DNA of 64,000 nucleotides. Origin: Yuukianura sp. NJ FZ-2021. Taxonomy: Eukaryota. The translations under genes were made by a program, and so were the position numbers. Within the stretch, counting starts at the first letter, position 1. Each line of letters opens with the position of its first letter. Location of the stretch: NCBI GenBank assembly GCA_046563655.1, contig CM102286.1, positions 5,394,001 to 5,458,000 on the forward strand. Direction: 5' to 3'. A model generated the notes under the pieces. That model saw nothing but the letters and a program-made list of their open reading frames with translations. It made no database searches and was not told the DNA's origin. Below, one piece after another: positions 14,301 to 27,900 of this stretch.

Positions 14301-17300
14301 CAGAAGGAATTGCCAAGTTCCTTTTTTCGCACTGGCGAAAAGCAAAGAGACATTACTCTGGTTGGTAGTGAGTGGTGCCAGAGTAGTACCAACAAAGTGC
14401 TGGATTTCTAATGCCACGTCCTCCGACCAATTTTTCTTTCCTTTTTCGAAATAAAAGTTTGTCTTAAGGTGTACTTTTTCAAAATCCATTTTTTGAGAAA
14501 AGTGTGATAGCATTTGAGAATGAGAAAGCGTCGAGACGGAGAAAGTTAGTAAGGTGTGATTCACATCTTGGCAGCTTTGATTTTTTACGTTTTTCATTTT
14601 ACATTTTCAATTTGTAAAATTAATGCAAAAGATAAAGTAAGCGGAAAAGTGATCTAAAACCATGTATTGGCATTTGGAGGAATTGTGTTTTTATTTTCGT
14701 TTACAAAAAATATGAATCGATTTGTTGATAAAAATTTGTTCAAGCTTTGCCTAGAAACTTTTAAACTCCAACAGTTTAGTCAAAAAAAATAATTTGTGTC
14801 AACCATGTAAGTGTTTCGGCAAAAACACCTGAATGAGTATTGTGTGGGCAGAATTTTTTGAATTTTGAAGCTTGGGTGAGGAAATTTTGGCACGAAAATT
14901 TACTTGAACACCAACATGAAATATTCTGCGGTTAGTGTACTCCCAGTGGACATCAATGCCGAGATAGGTTTACTACCGCCATTGTACATACATATATGTA
15001 ATGTAATGAATCGATTCGTCAGTATGGAGGGGAAAGCCTCAAGCGTGTCGAAAACTCGATCCTTCATCATAAAGTTCTCACCTGAGCGCTGAATTCAGGC
15101 TCTTCCATCATCCAGCAAAGGAAGAGCGTGACAGGTTCGTAGAAATGAAACCTTCCACTTCCAGTCTTCTAATTCAATTTGATATGCTAAAGTTTTTATC
15201 ACACAGAACTAACCGTCTGATCTTCCAGACGCCTCACACCTTTCACCAATGTCGACACAAAGTCCTCCCAAAACCCTTAACCCATTCTCCTCCAATGGAA
15301 TTGCCAGATGAAAAGTTTGTGAAACTGTAACTAATGCAGCTCTTCTAATGAATAGTGATCACTGACTTGCATGAACAGTTCCTCCACAACTAATCCACAC
15401 AGTTCACACTTGGAAAGGAAACGAATCCGAGGAAAGTTCTGTATTTACTACCACTTTCAAACTAACTAATTATTATTTGAGCCTCTAGAATCGTTAACTT
15501 TCAGTTAGCAAGCCTGTTTTGAAACAGCAACTCAAAACGAAAACTTTACCAAGAAAGAAAGTATCAAAATTTCTCAAATTTTGAAAATTCATCCTTCATG
15601 ACTTTGTGTTGTACAAAAAACTGCATGTCTATAAACTATAGTCTATTAAATCTATTCATTGGAAAATCGTTTCTTCACTTGCTTTTTAATTTGAAACTTG
15701 CATGAGTTGGCCAAGTGAAAGCTGCTGACATTTTGAAGTAAATGATCACGTCACGCGCCAGTATTTTTTGAGCGTGTGTGTCTTTATATTGGTTCCTTAA
15801 TTATAAGCCAATGAGAATTAAATTCGTCGTAACGCCCAGATTGCATTTTTTTAATCTGGCGAAACGCCTTTCATTTCAACTTTCATCGTTTGGAAAAATT
15901 GCACTCACGAAAATTCCCTAATAATTGTTAAAGCTCGGACGAGATTAACGTAATAACATCTAAAGCATAAAGTATAACCTTTGCCGTTAGCTGTAAGACG
16001 TGATGTGACAAAAAGCTTTTACACAAAAACGCTTATTATACAATTAAATCGTTGTAAATTTAAATTTTATGCATTAAAAGACAATTTTAGCGCCGTACCT
16101 ACGGTTATGCAACATTTGAAATGAGTTGCATTCGGAAATGAAATGCATCTATGACATAAACATAAGTTACTGAAAGTTTGTGCAGTCAAAGTGTGCAGAG
16201 TTAAATGGAACGAGTTAAATAGAGTAACTATTATTCTTGGAACTTTAAATAGCGCATACTCTCGTTTACAATGGTTTCAGTTGATTTTCAAGATCCGACC
16301 TACATTGCATTGTGAAACTCTAAAAAATCAAGTTACAGTTGCATAGTAGTATTTACGATACCCATTGTTTAAGAGCTGAAAATGTATGCGTGATGTCCGG
16401 TTAGACAAGTCTGAAGAGTTAAACTTTATTGACCCTCTGATTACCGCTTGTGGTTATGAATTACTTTGAGCGTGCGGGAAATATAAAATTGGGGTTAAAT
16501 GACTACTAGTGAAAATGGTGGAAAGGCTTAGAGGGAACTGATGCAGGGTCATGGCAATGTGTACACATAAGTTGAGGTCAATTGCTATTTGCTACATAGG
16601 CTTGCTTAACCTCCCTTGTTTGTTTTTGCACACGATCCAAAAATTACACACATTTGAAGAAAACAGGCGCAACACGGTAGTGCTTTTGGGACGAAAAGAG
16701 CGATACAATGTTTTTAGGAAAAACCTCCAGGTCGTAAAACACGGTGGAGTTCAGGGTTCAGCTTTCGTTAGTTTAGCAACAGCAAAAAAAGTTTTATGTA
16801 ACCTACCTAGGGGAAGTGTAAAGTGAAGGTTTACTTTCTCCCAGAAAACTACCTTAATGTAGTTCCAGTTTTTTGAGTTGGTAACCCATAAGTACTAGGG
16901 TTTTAGTTCTCCAGGAACTTTAAGAAACCTTAACCTTATGCACAGGACAAAGTTAGGAAGGAAAAGATGTTGGGTAGAGATAGAGAGAGCTCTTCTTTCA
17001 CTTACTGTGCAGAGAAAATATTGTGATTCTACTTTCTCCTGTCGCAGAACCAACTACACTTGTGTATTTCTTTTTAGAACTCTGGGAGCTTAAGGACGCA
17101 GAATTGTCAGTTCAAAGTGTTTTTGATGGACTATAAAGACCTTATTTTATTGCACAGCTCCAGTTCAAAACTACTTTTTCCATTTGCTTTGTCTTCTTTA
17201 TTCACTTCCACCTTTGGACTTTATGCCTTTAGACTACTACTTTCACTCACACCATCTGCTTCTGTGACTCTATTTCAAGTTAGCGTAGGTTTTACTTAGT

Positions 17301-19732
17301 CTATGACTCACTCAAGTAATTTTTGTTCTTGATCCTATGAGCCAAAACTAAGTTTTTTAAAGTGAAGTCTTAGAAAAGTGTTGGGAACTGTTGCAATTTG
17401 CAAGGGAAAGTTGACTCTGTAGGCTATTTAGGTTTAATTTTAATTTCTTCTGCGTTTCCTTCCAAGTGACACAACTTTAGACTCAAGCCTTAAGGAACCG
17501 TTAAGCCAAATGTCTTTTTTTAAATTTCCTTTTTTTTCTCAAATTAAATGCAAGTGAGATTGTGTGCCAAGAGCAAGTGGGAGTAAAGCGAATGAATGAG
17601 ACACATTGGATTTGCTACTTGAAAAGTCATTGAACCCAGACGCTCGGAGTAATCTAAAGAAAAAGTTCTTTAGTATTTAATTAAAAAGTTAGAGGAAAGT
17701 GAAGTAACTGTGGTGGATTGATGCATTATCTTCCCCTATGTAGAAGACATTTCTAAATTTAACTGCTTCCGTTATCGGAAAAAAAGAAGATTGAGAATGT
17801 TAGTTGTGGTGCGTTTTAAGAATCCAAACGACTTTTCTCAGAAACTGTTCGTTCCATCAACCCAGTTGGCGTGTGAGAGAGTGAGGGTGACCCTTAGATT
17901 ACGTCTTCTGCCATATAGTGAAAGTGGACTTTGGGACGAGAGTAAGCGGCCCAGTTACGTGACACATTTATGTGGCAATAATGCTGAAATACGAACAGCC
18001 TCCTTTCTCTGCTGCCACTAGTGTGCAAATGGGCTTCCCAGTAAGAACCACATTACAGAATTAGCACCAACCTAACATTAGTAGCTGGACAATGGGTTCT
18101 GCTAGAGAATGCTACTACTATGGATCTTATTCAATTGAAATGTGACCACTTCTAACTTTCTCTCAAGTACAGAAACACTAATTGAGTGGGAACAATGGAC
18201 TAAACAAAAGTGGGTCATTTTCATCCAAATTGACCTTCACATCACAAATTCCACGCGCACAATTTTGCTTATACTTTTGGAACGCATAGTGAAAAGTGTT
18301 TTCCAGCCACGGCTTAATATATATTAGCTAGGAAAGCAATTTGGGAATTTCGGTTTTCACTTTGCTACATATAGAAAGCTCTAATGTTAAAAATTTGAAG
18401 ACACCAACACCAACATTCATTGAACGGTGCAAAAATTTTCCGAGTTTTCTGATTTTTTTTGCTTGTCAAGTTATGTAATTTTTGCAAATCAGCTTCAGAA
18501 GGTTCAGGCACCAATGCTTTGTCAGATAATAAAAAATTATGAAAAATAGAGGAAATATTTTTCAGAATAGTTTTTTTTCCTCTTTTCATTCTCTAATGTG
18601 CTACAAACAATTCTCAAGCAATTTTGAACAGAACTTTCACCGAGGAACGCTTTAAATCAATATTTTCGTTCTACCTTAAGTTCGTTCTTTAGTGAAGTTT
18701 TCTGAAACATGGTTTTCACTTTTTTTCTTCAAAAGTAACTCAACCGTAAACAATGTTTGTTGTCACACGTTCAGCTCTGCGTTTACTAACACTAGGTAAC
18801 GTACTAATGGTACGTAATGCTGATGCTTTACTTTTCATTTCCTAGCGAACATAATAAATCTCAATATTTAGAGCTCCTTTATTTAAATTTTCGTGTTTTC
18901 TTTTAAGTTCTCTTTTCCTGTGATTTGGAATTTATGGAAGGGGCAATAAGGGTAGTTCCTGGACGAAGTAGGGGGCAGTGGGGAAAGGAATTATGAATAA
19001 ACTGCCGCTGGAAGCAATTGAGCCAAGTTAATAAATCTCATTTCCAGTGTCTTCATCTGATGGTGAGGAGAGGGTTCCTTAGGCTTCCAGAACTCCATGG
19101 AAACAGGTCCTTCCCGGGGTCTCATTAATGGAAGAACTTTAATACAGACCCACTTCCACAGTTCCTCTGCAGTTCTGCTAAGAACTCCCGGGCTTTCTCC
19201 CACTTCTTCAAGACTCACGCCTAACGCCACCATGGAGGCCATGTAATTGTCTCCAGTGGCTCAAGACAGTTCAAATGCTCAGACAAACCCCTATCTACGC
19301 AGTTTTAATTAAACAGACTTCCATTTTAAACAAAAATTCTAAGGACTCCATGGCGTCAGTTTTTTTCTTACAAAGGAATTTGGTGTCAAGACCGTTGCTG
19401 CTGTTTACGGTAGCCATGTCGGATGAGGTAGATCTGTCAACAGTTGACACTATTTCAAATGTAAACTAATACAGTTTAGATCTCATCAGAATTCGCAGTG
19501 ACAAAACAAATTAAGAGTATTAACGCGATGCGTATTTTTAAACTTTGTAAACTTACTTTTTTGTAAATAAGCGTATATTTATAACCTGCAAAAGTTAGTT
19601 TTGAAAATCACACCTCGAAAATCATTGTTTGTCAAATGAACACGAATAGTGTCAACTGAATATGTGTCAACTGTAATTACATAATTATAATCAACTGGTT
19701 AATTTGACATTAGATGTATAAATTGAACTTAC

Positions 19733-19941
19733 CGATGACTGTGAGGTTGACCATTGAGTTTCGTGTTTGGGCCACTCGGAAGTCAACTCGACAGCGATAC
19801 ACGCCTTGGTCCTCAAGTACAACATTTTCAATGGTGAGCAGCGCAGGCCGAACGCTGGAGTGAAAGTAGGCGCGATTTCCAAAAACATTTTCGTCAGACC
19901 ATCGCTCAGCCTGTTGAAACGACCTGTCTCTGGCGTCCACA
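19733..19941 (-). CDS. Sidestep/nephrin-family Ig protein, exon encoding the second half of the N-terminal V-set Ig domain
   Basis: Acceptor gttttgtag, donor gtaagt. Translates VDARDRSFQQAERWSDENVFGNRAYFHSSVRPALLTIENVVLEDQGVYRCRVDFRVAQTRNSMVNLTVI, containing the Side-family D.G.YRCRVDF...TRN..VNLTV signature. Confidence 0.93.
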
Positions 19942-21809
19942 CTACAAAACCAAAAACACTATAGGTTTATTTCATAAATTTTGAAAGTTGAAACCGCCTA
20001 AGATTATGTGAGCGGCTTGACTAATTACAAACTGCAACAATTTTAATAACTCCCATGCTCCTTGATTTTTCAAGGAGTTTGTTGAATGTAGATATCAAAG
20101 GCAGTTGTCAGGTCGTGTTTCCATAATTTGGACACATTGTGGGCAGCCCGGGAATCATGAAATTCTGAAAGCGCTTAGACCACACGCCTAACTTATTTAA
20201 GGAAGGCTCGCACGCACTGATCAATAAATCACGTCACCCTCCTTCAACTTTCTCTTCAAGGAACTTCTACGCCCATAACTTCACCCTGTCACGTAAACTT
20301 GACTGCTCATAACTGAGGACTTAACTAGTCCTAAATGCTCTTCTTTTAGTTCCATCACATTTCACAGCACTTTTTACTGTAAGAATTCAACAGAGAGTTT
20401 CTTAACACAAACAAGTTCTAGTGAAAAGTTCTCAACAAAATTGTGATCCCGTTGAGATAGGAAAGATCTCAGAGTGAGAGTGTGTAGAGATCAGAGAAAT
20501 TTTTGGTTGTTTGAACTAATCAAATAATCTTGTCTGATTCCCTCCATTTAATATTGATGCTTCCACTCTCCTATTTCTAACACATAAGGATCCGTTCTAG
20601 AAAACACTTTCAAAAGAAGTTCACGATCCTGGAGTCAGAAATCCAATCTCCAGGATGAAATCGGTTAGTGCAAGGAGACCGTACGCTACTGGGCTCTACA
20701 AAGTCAGGATTCGACTCTACTGTAATGCTATTTCTGCTTTCTCCGTTTCATAATCTTTCTCCGCACTATGCTGAACTCGTTACTTTCCAACAGCATAACA
20801 CAACCTAACCATAACATAGAGAAAAAACTCCGAGGGTCACTGTTTGAACTGACGTCACACTGAAGTGACGCTTATATTTTATGCATGCCTTGAGCAAAGA
20901 AGCCAAGGACTATCTTAAGAAAGACAATAGGCGTTGGAAATAGGCACGTCAAATTAAATCTTTTCATCCGATTTGCTCCGAGGCTTTGCTTAAATGGACT
21001 CAATTTCAACATGTCTACATCCTTCCTGCCGCTGATGTTCAACAAAAGAAGCTTCCCTCACATAGTAGGTTCAACGCCAAAGGCGGTCTATTCAAAGCTA
21101 ACTTCTGAGAAACACGCATGTTTTTAAAATCTTTTCTTTTTTGAAAATTTGTATCCAATTCCCTCTGTGAAATTTGACTACGCCTGCCGGATGAAATCCA
21201 TCCAAGGCTTTCCGAGATCCATCAAAAACTGACGCAAATTCTTGACCTTTTGTCACTGGTTTTTCGAGAATCGTGAAACTGATACATTTTTTAAAGAAGC
21301 ACACTACTTCTTTTCATCTTTTACAAAAGATGTGCTGGCATATTTTTGATTTTGAAATGAAAAAGAAAAAACTCGAGACAGAACAAGTGATGGGCTTTGT
21401 TGAGCGTAAATAAAGGGGATGATCTAGATACAAAGTTAATCTTTCATCTTTCTCTGCCAAAACTATGGCACTCTTTCTCCATATAACTGTCAGCATCTTG
21501 TATTTTATGAAAAGAAAACACAAGAAACGAATACCCCTTTCCCCAGTGAAATTCAACCCAAATTTGGAAAAACCAACCAAGCTATGGGCTTTCTCCTGCT
21601 TTAAAAAAATACACTTTATTCGCTTATCTCCTGGCGATGAAATCCATTCCAACAAAAATTTTTAAAAGTGAGCCACTTTTCCAATTTACGATCTTTTTTG
21701 ATACCTAGGATAGAATTTCTTGCTCAGTTGAGTTTTAGTTTCGGGAAACAGTTCTTTTTGCATGAATTTGAATAGGTTAAGTGTGGTCAATGACCTCGAA
21801 TGACCTTAC

Positions 21810-21960
21810 CTGTAGATAGGCCGACCCAAGTCCTCTCTGTACCAGAGAACCAGAATGACATCGTCGTCGGAGTGGCGGGATGTGGGGTCATTAGGAATGG
21901 AAATATCACATGGTAGGTTAGCAGTTTCCTTGATCACTGCATGTACATCATTCAGCGGTA
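21810..21960 (-). CDS. Sidestep/nephrin-family Ig protein, exon encoding the first half of the V-set Ig domain
   Basis: Acceptor attatttcag, donor gtaagg. Translates PLNDVHAVIKETANLPCDISIPNDPTSRHSDDDVILVLWYREDLGRPIY(S), with the LPCD..LVLWY..G.PIYS.D.R motif. Phase 2 fits the exon at 19941. Confidence 0.92.
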
Positions 21961-24900
21961 CTGAAATAATATAATACAAAAATATTTATTAAGAAATTAT
22001 CAATCAATACACTTCAAAAGCTAAACAATGGTCATTATTTTCCTCGCAATGTACATCAAACCCTGAATTAGACTTTCGTCTCACCCTGCAATTTGTTAAA
22101 ACAACTTAAGTACCAGTTGCAGCGCATAACAAGACAGTTAATTGGTAGTATTTTGTCGTTATACGGTACATGTAGAACGTCTTTGTTTTCTCCTCAAGTA
22201 GGTTTATATTTAAAATGTTTTGTTTTGGGGGCATATGCAAAGGTTACTGGAGTGAATAAACTGCTCCAAGTGCTGAACCATGTCATAACGTTGTAAGACG
22301 CTGTGAGGAAGTTACATAGCATACTGCCTGGAAGTTTGTTTTACGGTGCTTTGCAGTCTTCCAAGAAAAATGTGGCATAAACTAAAGCACCAACGGGGAC
22401 AAAGTTTGGCAGACTCGTAGGGAAGACGACAGAATCGATCATGACTTCTTAAATTACAAACAGCAAGGCTGCACTGCAACCACTTTCTCCGTCTGCCGCT
22501 CTTGTTTTTCGCATTGAAGCATTTCTACAATCTCACAGCACATACAAATTTCTAAAGTTTCGAAAAAAAAAGGTTAATTTTAGGCTTTTTTTAGTGAACA
22601 ATGTAACTTGATTGATTACGACTTTTTTTTTACTTTTCACCTTTTTTTACTTTCACTATCCCATTGAAATAGAAAATATTAAAATGATGCTCCCAAAACC
22701 TTTGGCCAGGCCACGCTAAGGTGAATTACGACGTAGGCTTTGATTAGTTTAAATTGTAATACGTTTTTATTTTTGTCGGCTTTAGACGTTGTGGGCTATT
22801 GACGTTATCGACTTTGGGATTGTCGGCTTTTGAAATTTTCAGCTATGACCTGGAACCAACTTGGATAGGCTACCTAATATCGTGTACTACTATCTCATCT
22901 GTACTGTTCGAAGAGAACAAAACACAGAACTGTGTTAATCGAATCAAACTCCAACCTTGGTGTGAGTATCAAAGGTCAAACAACTTCCAAAGTTTACTGG
23001 CACTTGTTTAGGAAAATGCTAAAACAAGTGAGGTAGATTCATAGTATAATCAAATCATTAGATCTCATTTCTCCCTCCCATTTCCAACACAGATCATCTC
23101 CTCCATCAAATTCTAAAGATCCACTTCAAGTGAGAAAATGAAGCAGGCTCAATTAATTATTAGCCAAACATCAAACTTGGAATGAAGGTTTCCTGAGTAT
23201 ACTTTAGTAAACCTAGCCCAACTCTCAGAGGTTTTACTTTCACTTCATTTGTGTACTAAAACAAAAGAAAGAGTGAGAAAACATGGAAACCTAAGCCATG
23301 GTAGCTGTTTTCCCACTTTCTTCAAAAACTCTATTTCATTTACGAAGGGAGCCAATAACTTTTAGGCCATTGAATTTTAGAGTTTAATTTCAATTTAACC
23401 TTTTCACTTAAACGCGCCTAGATGCTGCTTAACCTTCTGCTTTCTTTAATAAAATGCACTTTTACTTCCGTTTTTGTGAAGTTTCTGCTGAACTACCGTC
23501 TTGTTTTTATTAACATTGGGAGAGGGTGGAGATTAATGTGCTAATAAACCAGCAGTCTCCCCGTCATGAGTTGTCGTAGTACATAAATCGGGACAAGAGC
23601 CAAATTAGTTGCCAATTGTGACGTGCGTTGTTGTTCCGGTTTGTAAAAGAAGGAAGCTTTTAAATAGAAGTTTTCTCCATTGCAAGGCGGGAACTTCCAG
23701 TCTGTTAATATACATAATATATTGAGCAATTATTCTGCATGAAACAAGTGGAAGTTAAAACCACTAAAATTTTACGCCAGACTCGTAAAGTAAGTTAGGA
23801 GGCTCCTCTCTCCATTTCGCCTATGCTTATTATGTCTCTGACGCTTTTTAGAACTGGGTAGGTTAAGTCTAACACAACCTAAAAACAGAAACTTTCTCCC
23901 GCCCAAAATGACTTCGACTTTGGAATTCCAACTTTCCAAAGAGAAAGCAACAGCAGTATAGCAACTGCAACAGCAGCTAGCTTTCTCCTTTGTTTCCAAA
24001 AATAACTAAAAGTTCAGTGACACATGGTTTCTGGCACCAAATGCTTAAAACCCAACAAAGTGCAAACTACAATGTCTCATTACATGAACTTCCAAAAGCC
24101 ATTCCTTGGGAAAAGTGAAATGATTTATTTGTTTTTCTATTTAGAGAGAGCTTAGCACATTCAATTTCATTAAGTACAGTCTTTAGACCCACAAAACTTT
24201 CTCTTCCAAATTTCACATAACTTCGTTTGTTCTATAAACTACGCCTGAAAGAATTCCTAAGTTTATGTAACATAAGCTGTTGCTTAGTTATGTGTTGAAA
24301 AGTGTTGACTTTACTACACAATATTTTTGAAAAGTATTAAAACAATAAATTGAAAAGGTCAAAATTGCCTTTTCGGATTTTGGTTGATTCAAGCTGAAGA
24401 TTACACGATTTGTTCATTTTGAAAATTATTAAAAGACAAAAGAGCCTCCTCTGCTTGTGCGCTGGAGCTGAATGAAAGCGTTTTAATATGGAAATTGCCA
24501 TGTTATCCACTTGAGACAGAATCTGATAAGCTGAAAACTCCGAGAACAAGTAAAGGACTTGGGACTGGAGAGTGATTAATTTAAGATAAAACCAAGCTCT
24601 AAGGCTAGGTTGAAACAAAGTTAGGTTTCTCCTTGAGGCCAAGGTTTTTCAAGTATGAGCTCACCTTGTTTCAAATAAGACTAAAATTCTACTACTATTA
24701 GCTCAGCATATAGTTAGACCAAAGACGCAAAAACCACACCCATACGTTGTACCCCAAGGAAATTAAATCCGCAAAAACTTAAGTCAAAGTTGTGACGGGT
24801 GTGACCAACAGTGCTGAAATGAAGACAAGTCCCAAAGTTACACCTAAATAAGGAGACTAAAAGTTCATGCGAGTCTAAAACTTTTCCGGAGAGAGAAAGC

Positions 24901-27900
24901 GAGTTGAGAAACTTTGTGGCTAATACCCCAAGGCATTACAATACGATTCGGATTCCAACTTTTATCCTATCATCGTTCTAACATATCCTAACTTCTCTAG
25001 ATTTGTACGCTGCTAGTTACAAATAGACTTTATCAACTCAAATCTGGAACTCGAATTGCACGAACCGGCGCCTGAGCAATGAGCTCAAGATCTGCTAAAA
25101 TGGTCTCTACGTATTACTTCTGTTGTTTTTTTTTATGTCGTGCTGCAAATTTGTGTAAACTAGCACCAACGTTATGGCGCTCAATTTGTTGTGCAATCCG
25201 TTGTGTTATGTCAGTGCAGAACAGTTAGACATTGAATAAACTGATCCCAAACGTACAATGATTTCCATAATTATTTATGGGTTCCTTTGCTGAACATTTT
25301 TTTCCATTGCTGCTCAGTGCTCCAGACGACCGATTTGCTTACGCGAGCGCGTTAAAGCCTAAGATTTCTCTTGAGAGTTTAACTTTCTCCGTCTCCACTT
25401 TCTTCTTAATTTTCATCATGCAACTGGGACAGGACATAAAAGCTTAATTATGTTTCCACCCCTTCACTGCCATTAAACCTACACAACAACTTGACCTTTA
25501 CCATTCCTCAAATGTCATTCAATTCAACTGGTTCTTGAATTGCATCGCATCAAATGTCGTACAGTACAACCTTAATAACCACATAACTAAAGTTTGTTTC
25601 TAAAATTAACAACTGTAACATAGTCAAACCACCGGCTTTCACAAACTTACTTTTTTTTGTTGAAAGAAATGGACATAACAATATTTTTGAGAACAAAAAA
25701 AAATTGTTCACATTATTGGGATTGGTTTGCAAGCGTTTCAACGTGTAAATGTAAAAGAAAATCAATTTGTATAGATTTTGCGTTTTTTTTTTTTAGAATT
25801 CTACGGTTTGCTGTTGTACATTTGCTAGAACGTTGCGGTATGGTTAGGTTAGTTTATGGTACTACGTCTCTGTTTAGTTGTTTGGGTGGCTTGTAATCTT
25901 ATGTTCTGGTTTTGGATTAATATCGATCCAGAGCAACATTTTTTTTTTGGAGAAGAATTGTAGATCAAGTTCAAATTAGACTAGAGGCTGCGTGAAATGT
26001 AAACGGGAAGAGCGAGAATTTATGGATTCATTTTAATATCCCACAGAAACCACACGTTGCTTTCACTGGGAGCTTCCTGTCTAATGCAGTTGAAATTCAT
26101 TTGATGTGTCTTGATATTAAGCATTCCTCCGAATTTGTGCAGTTCCTACAAAGTGCCCACTTGAGGAGCATTTCCCCCACCACCCAAAATACTTCCTTCC
26201 CACACACCCGTAACTCAATAATTTAACACTGCTCCATGCGGTGCGTCGGGTAGCCTTCTAAGCTAACAAAAACTTTTAAAGAAAAAATTGTGGTTAAACT
26301 CAAAACTTTTGTTTTTAAACTCAATTTCTGATGCATTTTCACTTCAATTAGCAAATGGACGCCTAAACTTAACTTTTAGAAAAACTAAACATCCGGGCCG
26401 GATTGGATTTCGGTTCCATTCAGAGGAGAAATGGGTCAAAACGCTCTTAACTTTCCAAGGAGCCCAAAAGTGTTACGCCAAATAAATGTTTACCTTTGAA
26501 CTTCCATGCTCCCCTTACTCTATAGCTTAACTTTCTTTGAAAGCCGCCTTTCATGTTACGGTTTGGATTCATTTCCCAACATCCTCATTTGTAATCGATT
26601 GATGCTTAGCACGAACATACAAGACATGGTGACACACAAAGTTACAACAGCAACATAACCCTATACAGTTACAGTGTAACTGCTTATATACATATGTCAC
26701 TTTAGAGTAATTTACGACCACTATATGTTTTCTTTTCACGTTAACCTCCCTCCTATGAGAAATTCAAAACTTGCATCTCATAAAGCCTAATGATTATTTG
26801 AAAATAAATATTAAGAGTGGGCGGTTGTAGAACTACAGAGTGTTCAGGGTGTCACCAAATGCCATTTTCCCATTGTGCTTAATGAAGGGCCCATATGCGT
26901 GTTGCCCTTCTCAAAACAGCCCGCTTTGTTCCTCCTTTGGAAAATAAATGTAAGTGTCCAGTAATCCAGGACGGGGGGAAAAGGGCGGGAGAATGGTGGA
27001 AAATATGGCTGCCATAATTCAAATCAGAGCGGGAAATGGGAAACTGTTTCAAAAAGAAGAGAAAGTTCTTTGTTCTTTAGTTTTAGTCTTCGGTTGGTTT
27101 CAACTTAAAAGTCTCCTTCCCATTCTTCTTTTGAGAAAATGATTCATAGTCTGAGCAAAGAGGAGGGAAGACAACAAAGGAGGACTCTCTGGACTTATTT
27201 TCAGTTTGCATACTTTCACATTCTATGCCAAAATATAATAACCTAATGACTTTGAAGAAAGGAACTATGTGCTCAGGTAGGCGCTTGACTTTCACCTTAC
27301 AGCACAATGGAGCACAACTTTTTCTTTCAACTTTCCAACTTTGTAAGAGAAAAGAAACGCCTTTTAATTTTTCCACCCAATCCGTCATTTCTTTCTAACC
27401 TTTGTGACTTCAACCAACAATTGAACTTTTTCAGAATGAGAAATTTCCAGTTCCACGCAATTCCACTTTCGTTGATTAAGTTACGTTTCTCATTTATGTT
27501 TCTTTGAAATGGAATTGTGTTGGTACTCTACTCAATTATACTTCGATTATTGTGCAATGTTTACGCCTCCTCTTTTCCCAACTCAATACAGTTCTACTAT
27601 TGTTAGATTTCAAGTAGATTGCCATTTGATGGAAACCATCGAATGTTTACCATTTTTCCTATTCCTAAAAGGAAAAACTTCTCTTTCCAAATTGTAATTC
27701 AACCCGTTGTTTCCAGTTCCAGAGAAAGTTTTAGGATCCAGTATCCAAGTATACTGGTGAAACGAAGTACAAAAATTCAGTACTTTTCCTTTTCGTAAAC
27801 TCAATTCCTAATTCTAGCTTTGTCTCGAGGGATGAGAAGTCAAGTGGAGTAGATTATATCAATTGTATGTCCCCTACTCCATCCTTTTCTCTGCCTGCGC

